Positions 30,379 through 38,702 of a stretch of DNA of 64,000 bases are shown in pieces (the stretch's first letter is position 1; the number at the start of each line of letters is the position of its first letter). A program made the position numbers and the translations under genes. This stretch comes from Candidatus Cloacimonadales bacterium (GTDB taxonomy: Bacteria > Cloacimonadota > Cloacimonadia > Cloacimonadales > JAFGVF01). The stretch is taken from positions 1,408,001-1,472,000 of the forward strand of contig OY782781.1 of the NCBI GenBank assembly GCA_963678315.1. The letters run 5' to 3'. The notes below the pieces were generated by a model, which saw only the letters and a list, made by a program, of their open reading frames with translations, did not search any database and had not been told where the DNA came from.

Positions 30379-30800
30379 AAATATAGCCACAGATAACACA
30401 GATAATCACGGATAAAGAGTTTTTAAGAAAGAATCAGTGCAAATCCGTGAAGATCCGTGGCAAAAAAGAAAAAATATTCACAAATAACACAAATTAATTA
30501 AAGCCACAGATTACACAGATAATCACGGATAAAATTAATTGATAATTCAGAATTGACAATGATTAATAGTCCCATAGGGACGATATATATTAGCATGGGG
30601 TCTTGTACCCCATGTAAATAAGAAATAAAAATTAAGCCCTGAAGGGGCGACATAAAGATATTGATTATTTGTAAAAAGAATATTCTACCACGAATAGCAC
30701 AAATAACACAAATTTAAATATAGCCACAGATAACACAGATAATCACGGATAAAGAGTATTAAAAAAAGAATCAGTGCAAATCCGTGAAGATCCGTGGCTA
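30379..30800 (+). repeat. Composite repeat block, left copy (GCCACAGAT...ATCCGTGGC palindromic units plus a CCC/GGG REP-like unit)
   Basis: Direct repeat of 31655-32061; 30522-30746 identical by eye to 31797-32021. Confidence 0.9.
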
Positions 30801-30935
30801 TATTTAATTAATAATTTATAATTGATAATGGAGAGTGCAAAGGTGTATTGTAAATAAAATCTTGACATCTTTATTTAAATAAAATTTCCTATAGCAATGT
30901 TTATGGTTAGATGTAAAAATAAAATTGGAGGAAAC

Positions 30936-31643
30936 ATGAAATTCAAACTTCTAGGTCTGTTGTTACTTGTTGTTGTGGTGGGATGTTCAGTTTCACCTCA
31001 CAGGGTGCTAAATCTAAATGTAAAAAATCAAGATGGTCTTTGGCTCAAAGGTAAAGAGTTGGTTAAACTTGATTCTGATGGGCTAGAGTTAGTCGTTAAT
31101 TTTGACAGAACAATTAAAGGAACTAGTTTATTCGAAATTTCAATAGCAAATAACACTCAAGAAGCCATTCTAATATCTCCAGAAGATATCTATGGTATAA
31201 TGCCTAGAAAATTTAATCAAAAAGAGACTATTCATGCTCTTGATCCGGAGGAGATGATTCACAGATTAGATACAAAAATTGAGAGAGTTCATGCCAGGGA
31301 TGAGTCTAATAAACGTTCTGACCTTGTCTTCTCATTATTTGATTTAGCGGACAGCTTTTCTAGTAAGACAGAGGAAGAGAGACAGCAAGATGATATTGAT
31401 AGAGACAATCATGAGAAAGCTGTTGCTAGAAGAGCTGAAAGTAATTCTAGGGCAATTAAGACTATGAGTTCTGAGAGAAGTAATCTAGCTACAAATGCTC
31501 TTAGAAAGACAACTTTATTTCCTAATCAAAGAATTAGCGGAAGCTTCTATATGAATATACCTGAAGATGTTTCTAATATTATAATACATTTTCCGTTTGG
31601 AGATAGAGATATTAGCCTAGAATATGAGAATAAGAAAATGTAA
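30936..31643 (+). CDS. Hypothetical lipoprotein
   Basis: GGAGG RBS then MKFKLLGLLLLVVVVGC (lipobox VVGC); own TTGACA at 30862. Confidence 0.8.
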   Translation: MKFKLLGLLLLVVVVGCSVSPHRVLNLNVKNQDGLWLKGKELVKLDSDGLELVVNFDRTIKGTSLFEISIANNTQEAILISPEDIYGIMPRKFNQKETIHALDPEEMIHRLDTKIERVHARDESNKRSDLVFSLFDLADSFSSKTEEERQQDDIDRDNHEKAVARRAESNSRAIKTMSSERSNLATNALRKTTLFPNQRISGSFYMNIPEDVSNIIIHFPFGDRDISLEYENKKM

Positions 31644-31654
31644 TCCACAAATTT

Positions 31655-32061
31655 AAATATAGCCACAGATAACACAGATAATCACGGATAAAGAGTATTT
31701 AAAAAAGAATCAGTGCAAATCCGTGAAGATCCGTGGCAAAAGAAAATATCGCCACAAATAGCACAAATTAATTAAAGCCACAGATAAACACAGATGATCA
31801 CGGATAAAATTAATTGATAATTCAGAATTGACAATGATTAATAGTCCCATAGGGACGATATATATTAGCATGGGGTCTTGTACCCCATGTAAATAAGAAA
31901 TAAAAATTAAGCCCTGAAGGGGCGACATAAAGATATTGATTATTTGTAAAAAGAATATTCTACCACGAATAGCACAAATAACACAAATTTAAATATAGCC
32001 ACAGATAACACAGATAATCACAGATAAAGAGTATTTAAATAGATTCAGTGTTCCGTGGCTA
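31655..32061 (+). repeat. Composite repeat block, right copy
   Basis: Direct repeat of 30379-30800, offset ~1275 bp. Confidence 0.9.
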
Positions 32062-32088
32062 GCAAGATGTTCATTTATATCTACTAAT

Positions 32089-33522
32089 TTACCAGCCAGC
32101 TTTAGATACTTTCCAGTTACCTTGCAAATATATTACGAAGGCTATTAATACTGCTGCTGTATTACTGAAAACCATTGAAACCCATAATGCTTCGTAGGGA
32201 TAAGGATTTAAAATATTTCCTAGGTAAACAATCATATCTTCAGCAAAACTAAATATCCCGAGTTCTTTGGTGAGGAAGAATCCAGACAGAAGGTAGGCAA
32301 GAGGTAACCTAAAAATCCACAATCTACTAATATTAAATACAAGTGTAGATTTTGTATGACCAGCTCCGTTAAATACGCCCATAAAGACCATTAAAATACC
32401 GAATATCCAGGTTGCATAAGCCGAAATCTTGAACATTCTATCGCCAATGTCTTGTACTTCAGCATCTTTAACGAAGAATTCTGTAAGACTGCTTCCGTAG
32501 AAATAGACATATAAACACCCAAGAGTCATTATTGACATAACTAAGAAAAGTGCATAGTAGAAGCTTTTAGTAGCTCGATGTGTTTTTTTAGCTCCAAGGT
32601 TTTGTCCAACAAGAGTTGCTAGAGCATTAGAGATTCCCATTGCTGGAAGCATAAATACTCCCATCATTCTGTTACCTATTGAATTAGCCGAGATTACAGA
32701 GGTACCAAATGAATTAACTAAGCCTTGCATTAGAATAAAGCCAAAGGATGTTGTTGATTGACCGATAGAAGCAGGGACACTAATCTTAAAAATGTTCTTC
32801 ATTACCTTCTTTTGAGGAATCATGTCGGACAAACTAGGTATATAGTCTTTATACTTCTTATAGAAGACAATTCCTGCCATTAATGTGGCAATTATTCTAC
32901 TAATCAAGGTTGCTATAGCAGCTCCTTTTAAACCTAACTCTGGGAAAAACCAAAGACCGAAAATAAGAAGAGGGTCTAGAATTAAGTTTAGTACTACTGT
33001 AGCCACTTGTATATACATTGGAGTTACTGAGTCACCAAAACCTGTTGTAATACTTTGAAATACCATGAAGAACATCATTGCAATCATACCATACATTATG
33101 TATGTTATATACATTATAGCATCATTATATATTTCTGGGGGAGTATGCAAAAATTTAAGTAAGAAAGGTAGAAGGGTATGAGTAATTATAGTAAATAAAA
33201 TAGTAAAAGCTAACAAGATAGGCATAAACTGGCCAATGGTAAGCTTGATTTTATCGAGACTGTTTTCCCCTTTAAACTTTGCAACTATGGCAGTTCCAGC
33301 AACAGTAAATCCAGAAGCAAAAGCCATAATGAAAAAGCTTATTGGAAAAGCCATTCCAGTAACTGCGACTGCTCCTTTAGCCCCAAGAGCTATTTTTCCC
33401 ACCCAATATGTATCTACTAAATTATAGAGCGTTCCCATAAAATTAGCCAACATTATTGGTAATGATAAGAGTAAAAGATTCTTAAGGATGCTTCCTTCGG
33501 TAAGATTAGTTATTTTTTTCAT
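32089..33522 (-). CDS. MATE family efflux transporter
   Basis: LTEGSI..LP, YNLVDTYWVG, GDSVTPM, NLILDPLLIFG, GAAIAT, VGQNLGA. Confidence 0.93.
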   Translation of the reverse strand: MKKITNLTEGSILKNLLLLSLPIMLANFMGTLYNLVDTYWVGKIALGAKGAVAVTGMAFPISFFIMAFASGFTVAGTAIVAKFKGENSLDKIKLTIGQFMPILLAFTILFTIITHTLLPFLLKFLHTPPEIYNDAIMYITYIMYGMIAMMFFMVFQSITTGFGDSVTPMYIQVATVVLNLILDPLLIFGLWFFPELGLKGAAIATLISRIIATLMAGIVFYKKYKDYIPSLSDMIPQKKVMKNIFKISVPASIGQSTTSFGFILMQGLVNSFGTSVISANSIGNRMMGVFMLPAMGISNALATLVGQNLGAKKTHRATKSFYYALFLVMSIMTLGCLYVYFYGSSLTEFFVKDAEVQDIGDRMFKISAYATWIFGILMVFMGVFNGAGHTKSTLVFNISRLWIFRLPLAYLLSGFFLTKELGIFSFAEDMIVYLGNILNPYPYEALWVSMVFSNTAAVLIAFVIYLQGNWKVSKAGW

Positions 33523-33752
33523 ATTAATTCCTCACTTGAAACTTGTGAAAGAATCACATTTCTTAAAAGAAGTTTCAGGTTAAGGTAAAATTCTTATTTT
33601 GGTTTATAATGTCAATTGATAGTTACAGAACTTATTAACTAATCTATCTAGAACTAAATTATCAAGGTAGTAGACCGAATAAAATTCTTGACAATCTGTA
33701 TATATTTTAGTAATAATAAACTTTTGGTTATTACATAAACAAGGAGCCAAGT

Positions 33753-35669
33753 ATGAGAAGAATATTATTTTTAGTTTTGTTAATAGTATTGATGTCGACT
33801 TATATATTTGCTACAAATTTTGAGTATAAGTTAAATGTATTAAGTGATGATCTTGCAGTTGAAGATTTGGTATGGGATAGTCATGGTAAAACTTGTGCTG
33901 TGCTGAATATTAGTAAATCATCATTAAATCTATTGAATATTAAAGAAATCAGCTTTTTTCCCACAAATGAAGTTTATAAGAGCAATTTAGAAGAACATGA
34001 CAATCAGAAATACTGGCTATCAACAGAAATAAAGAGAGTTGATTTAATAACTAACAGCAATGAAAGAGTTAGTCTAGATATTAGAAGTAAATTACAATCT
34101 CGAAAAAGTTACAACATGGAAATTGTTCCTAAAGTTGCTAAGACAATCTTGATTGTTAATATAAACATTCCAGGAGCAACAGTAACAATAAACAACAATG
34201 TTATCGAAGTTGTTGGAAATCAAATTGAACTCGATTTATTCCCAGGACAGTATCATTTATTAGTTGAAAAAGAAGATTATTCTACTGTTGAAAAAAGGAT
34301 TATTGTAACAGAAAATGGAGCTGAAACCAACATTGAATTGGAAAGAAATGAAGGAACCCTGATTATTTCTACAAGCCCTGAAAAAGCTAATGTTATGTTA
34401 AATGGTGTTTCCTATAATAAAAACACCGATGCCAATTTATCAGAAGGGAAATATAATGTTGTAATATCATTACCTAATTATGAAACAATTTATGATTCAA
34501 TTGTTTTAGATGGTGGTGATTATATAACCAAGTCTTACGAACTAACAAAGAAATTACGAGATGTAAGTTTTGATGTATCACCTGAGTGTTCAAATTGTAT
34601 ATTTAAAAATGGTAAATATAAAGTATACAGTTGGGTAGGAGATAAAGAACTTGAAGACCTTGATTATGGTGAGTACCATTTAACTATAGATTGTACAGGT
34701 TATAACAAAGTGGACGAAATTGTTTATATTGATGATATGTCTCCTAGTTCTTTTGTTTACAACCTTACTGAAAAAGATAAAATGTTAAGGTTCACATGGC
34801 CAAATCTTCCAGAGAGATATGAAACAAAACTTACAATTAAACATGATGGTAAAATATTACACTATGGAGGCAAACTTGAAGATTTCAAGTGTCCTGAGAA
34901 AGGTAAATATTCTATTTCTGTAAGTATTGTTAGTAAGAATGATAATGCTGATTGGCAGGAAAACTATTGTGTTAAAGTTGAGGGATTTGAAGAACATGTT
35001 GATATTAGAAGCGATTGGAATACTAACTTGCACAAGAGAGATAGATGCTTAGGTTCAGCCAAAAGAATATCTTATATTATGAGTCCACATGGAGGTTGGT
35101 CTAGTATGGGTAATTATGCTGGGCTGACAATTCTAGAAGGTTATTCTTGCAACAAACATGGCTTTAATGTTCATCTTGTTGGAGGCATGCTTGAAGGAAC
35201 AATTTATCAGGCTCTTAACGATGAGTATATTATTGGTATAAATGCTGCATATTTAGGTTTCGGATTCCATTATATAACCCAAGATTATGGCTTCTCTAAT
35301 TCACTTGATTTTATAGCAAATGCAGGAGCTATTGGCTCACCAAGTAAGCTGAAATTCAATATCGATATGGATGGCGATGATGTAATTCTATTAAAAGAAG
35401 AGGTGAATGCTGATACTAGCGTTGAATATGATAACCAAGTTTATCAATATGTGCCTTTTCAAGTTAAATATCGTATGGACACCTTCTTATTTAGCTCAAG
35501 TTTCTATTTACTTGCTACAGCTAATTTAACTATGACTCCTTATGATTTTAACTGGTATTCTAAGAAAGCTTATGATAATCTTACAGAAACTAACTATAAT
35601 AAGCTAGAGATTGTTTCAGATAATACTTATAGAATGTATTACACACTTGGTTTAGGATTTAGATTTTAA
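33753..35669 (+). CDS. Secreted PEGA-repeat protein with a C-terminal outer-membrane beta-signal
   Basis: Signal peptide; PEGA-like units (ISTSPEKANVMLNG, PGQYHLLVEKEDY); ends YYTLGLGFRF. Confidence 0.7.
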   Translation: MRRILFLVLLIVLMSTYIFATNFEYKLNVLSDDLAVEDLVWDSHGKTCAVLNISKSSLNLLNIKEISFFPTNEVYKSNLEEHDNQKYWLSTEIKRVDLITNSNERVSLDIRSKLQSRKSYNMEIVPKVAKTILIVNINIPGATVTINNNVIEVVGNQIELDLFPGQYHLLVEKEDYSTVEKRIIVTENGAETNIELERNEGTLIISTSPEKANVMLNGVSYNKNTDANLSEGKYNVVISLPNYETIYDSIVLDGGDYITKSYELTKKLRDVSFDVSPECSNCIFKNGKYKVYSWVGDKELEDLDYGEYHLTIDCTGYNKVDEIVYIDDMSPSSFVYNLTEKDKMLRFTWPNLPERYETKLTIKHDGKILHYGGKLEDFKCPEKGKYSISVSIVSKNDNADWQENYCVKVEGFEEHVDIRSDWNTNLHKRDRCLGSAKRISYIMSPHGGWSSMGNYAGLTILEGYSCNKHGFNVHLVGGMLEGTIYQALNDEYIIGINAAYLGFGFHYITQDYGFSNSLDFIANAGAIGSPSKLKFNIDMDGDDVILLKEEVNADTSVEYDNQVYQYVPFQVKYRMDTFLFSSSFYLLATANLTMTPYDFNWYSKKAYDNLTETNYNKLEIVSDNTYRMYYTLGLGFRF

Positions 35670-35848
35670 TGTTTATTTATCCTAGTAATTTGTATTAATT
35701 AATCTTTATAAACGTGCATTTAAGTAATAGTAAACGATTAATGTGACAGTCTATCCAAAAAAGATGTAACTTAGGAAAATAAATTGCATTATATAATATA
35801 GAATTGTATAAAACTTATAATTCTTAAAGACTGTGGGGAGAATTAAGC

Positions 35849-38683
35849 ATGAAATCGAAAATTGTAATTACAGATATTGGTAGTACGACAACTAAAGCTA
35901 TCCTATTAATGAATAAAGAAGGTAAACTTAAACTTATAGGATCAGTTGGTGCTGGGACTACTGTGGAAAGCCCTTGGGAAGATGTAAAGATAGGTGTATA
36001 CAATTCAATTAAAGGTCTTGAAATTAAGACTAATCAGAGGCTTTTAGCTGAAGCTTCTTCTGCAGAAAACTTGAAGTTCCAGCCAGATGTTGACTATTTA
36101 ACAACAAGTTCAGCTGGTGGAGGCTTGCAGATATTAGTTATGGGTCTAACACTATCTGATTCTGCGAAAAGTGCTGAAAGAGCAGCCTATGGAGCTGGTG
36201 GTGTTATTCTAAATACACTAGCTATAAATGATAAACGCTCTACGTATGAACAATTAACAATTATAAATAAATCACATCCAGATATTATTCTCTTGTCTGG
36301 TGGTACAGACGGAGGAGCTTATACTGGCGTAATTAGAATGTCGGAGATTCTCGCATTGGGTAAACCTTCTCCTAAGTTTTCACAAGATGATCGAATACCA
36401 CTTATTTATGCAGGTAATCAGGATGTAAAAGACTTTATTGCTACCCTATTCTCTTCTAATTTTAATCTTAAAATACTAGATAATATACGTCCAGAGATGG
36501 ATGTTGAAAAACTAGACCAGATAACAGAGACAATTCACGAGTTGTTCTTATCAAGTGTAATGGAACAAGCACCTGGATATTCAGGGTTAAAAGCTAAAAC
36601 AGCAAGTGATATCTTACCTACACCAGTAGCGGTTTTGACTTCATTAGATTTGATTAGAAGTAAAGTCGGTAACTCGATATTGAAAGTAGATATTGGTGGT
36701 GCGACTACTGATATGTTCTCGGTGATTAAGAATCATACTTCTCGGACAGTAAGTGCAAACTATGGCATGAGTTATAGTATTTCAAATGTTTTAGCTAATT
36801 ATGGTTGGGAAGAATTGGATAAGTTAATTCCGAAAAGCTTAGACCAGCGAGTAGTTAGAAACTATATTGGTAATAAAATGCTAAATCCAACTTATGTTCC
36901 AAAGGATGATATAGAAATTTGTATAGAGCAAGCTGTGGCTATTGCTGCTTTAAGGCTCTCGATGGAACAACATTATGAAATGCACTTCAATACTGTCAAA
37001 ATAGGCTTTCTCGAACATGTGAAGTCTGTTTATAGAGACCCTTTCTATGACCAGATGCACCAAGAAAAGATTGAAGAAGAATCTAAATTCCATCATTCAG
37101 ATATTCAGTTAGCAATAGGGGCTGGAGGTGTAATCTCTCATGCTCCCAAAGCTGAACAAGCTATGTATGTTATTGCTCAGGGTTTTAAAGTCGAAGGTAT
37201 TACTAAGATTTGGCGTGACCATGACTTTATATCTCCACATTTAGGGGTGTTTAGCAAGGTTGAGAAGAGTTCAAGTATAGATTTATTAATGAATGATTGC
37301 TATGAAGAATTAGGTACAGTAATAGTTCCAAAAATAACTTCTAAGAAGGATAACTTTGTAGCTATGACCTTAACAATTGATGGGAATATGTATCCTATTA
37401 AAGTGAATCAAAGTAGATACTTTAAACTAAACAAAGAACAAGAAGTTCATGTTAAATTACATTCTAATTGCTTAATAAAGGATAAAGACAGTGATTTTAC
37501 TCTCAAGGTAAATAAATCACTTTTAGTTACTAGCTATCAAGCTGATAAAATAAATTATAAAGATGTTATCAAGGAAATGAACCTTTATAACTTTACTACT
37601 GAAAATATAGAAATCATTAATTATATGAATAGGAATGAGATTGTTATCAAAGAAGGACACTTTAGTGATAAAGTTCAACTTCCGTATGAAGGAAAGATAT
37701 TGGCAAGTAAGGGCTATAGTTTGGGACCAAATGACAACTATGGTGTAAATGAATATTCCTTCCCAAAAATCTATATTATCTCTTTAGCAAAGCTTCTTGG
37801 AAAAGACTTCAATTACGATTATGTAAGGAACAATCTAAATCTCAGACCAGGTGATGTTATTAAGTATGGACAAACATTAATAGGGAATGCTGAATCTCCA
37901 GTTAAAGGAATTGTCAAAGACATTAATTACACTACTGGTACTATACTAGCTAAGGAATTACAGGACTATACAACTAAACCGGTTACTATCAAAATTGCTA
38001 AACAAATTGGAGTTAAGAATAAGCATCTTAAAGGCTATTTAGCAGTCAAGAAAGATGAATTTGTCTTTGAGGGTAAAATATTGAACAGGTTTGTAGCAGG
38101 TAAAACTTTAAAGATAGTTCAAGCACCAATATCTGGAAATATTATAGATATTAATCTAGAAGAGGGTAGCTTGACTATTCAGTATCTGAAAACTCCATAT
38201 TACCATAAGATAGGGCTTGAATGCCAGATAGAAAAAGTTCATGATAATGGTGTAGAATACAGCTATAATGGGATAGAAATTCAAGGTATAATAGGATTCG
38301 GATCTCAGAATAATGGCTTGATAGACTTAGTAGATGAGATAACATTAGATAATGACCTTTCAGATAAAATGATAGCCTTCAATGGCAAAGCTAGCTACAA
38401 TGATTTAAAGACTTTGGAAAATAACAATATTAAAGGTCTCATTGTACCTAGTATAGATAACCTTGATCTAGTGAAATTTATCGGTAAAGATATTGGAGTA
38501 GCTCTTACAGGAGATGAAGATATACCTTATCCAATATTTGTTATGAAAGGATTTGGAGATTATAAATTTACTGACCAAGTAATATCAATATTCAAGAAGT
38601 ACAGAAATCACAATTGCTTATTGATTCCAAACACTCAGATTAGGGCTGGGGTTACAAGACCAAAAATAATTATAAATAAATAA
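35849..38683 (+). CDS. GlmL/MutL-type (glutamate mutase L) ASKHA ATPase fused to an uncharacterised C-terminal module
   Basis: DIGSTTTK, TSSAGGGL, PDIILLSGGTDGG, DIGGATTDMFS, RTVSANYGMSYS; C-terminus has barrel-sandwich-like SPVKG/APISG repeats and TQIRAGVTRP. Confidence 0.8.
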   Translation: MKSKIVITDIGSTTTKAILLMNKEGKLKLIGSVGAGTTVESPWEDVKIGVYNSIKGLEIKTNQRLLAEASSAENLKFQPDVDYLTTSSAGGGLQILVMGLTLSDSAKSAERAAYGAGGVILNTLAINDKRSTYEQLTIINKSHPDIILLSGGTDGGAYTGVIRMSEILALGKPSPKFSQDDRIPLIYAGNQDVKDFIATLFSSNFNLKILDNIRPEMDVEKLDQITETIHELFLSSVMEQAPGYSGLKAKTASDILPTPVAVLTSLDLIRSKVGNSILKVDIGGATTDMFSVIKNHTSRTVSANYGMSYSISNVLANYGWEELDKLIPKSLDQRVVRNYIGNKMLNPTYVPKDDIEICIEQAVAIAALRLSMEQHYEMHFNTVKIGFLEHVKSVYRDPFYDQMHQEKIEEESKFHHSDIQLAIGAGGVISHAPKAEQAMYVIAQGFKVEGITKIWRDHDFISPHLGVFSKVEKSSSIDLLMNDCYEELGTVIVPKITSKKDNFVAMTLTIDGNMYPIKVNQSRYFKLNKEQEVHVKLHSNCLIKDKDSDFTLKVNKSLLVTSYQADKINYKDVIKEMNLYNFTTENIEIINYMNRNEIVIKEGHFSDKVQLPYEGKILASKGYSLGPNDNYGVNEYSFPKIYIISLAKLLGKDFNYDYVRNNLNLRPGDVIKYGQTLIGNAESPVKGIVKDINYTTGTILAKELQDYTTKPVTIKIAKQIGVKNKHLKGYLAVKKDEFVFEGKILNRFVAGKTLKIVQAPISGNIIDINLEEGSLTIQYLKTPYYHKIGLECQIEKVHDNGVEYSYNGIEIQGIIGFGSQNNGLIDLVDEITLDNDLSDKMIAFNGKASYNDLKTLENNNIKGLIVPSIDNLDLVKFIGKDIGVALTGDEDIPYPIFVMKGFGDYKFTDQVISIFKKYRNHNCLLIPNTQIRAGVTRPKIIINK

Positions 38684-38702
38684 TAAAGGATAAAGCTAGT
38701 AA

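Noticed and set aside
31710..31928. 72-aa minus-strand ORF (MSPLQG...)
   Set aside because: Translation of the repeat block; a typical REP-derived spurious ORF.
30379..32061. CRISPR array or integron attC array
   Set aside because: Irregular spacing, duplicated spacers, no RYYYAAC/GTTRRRY boxes and no integrase.
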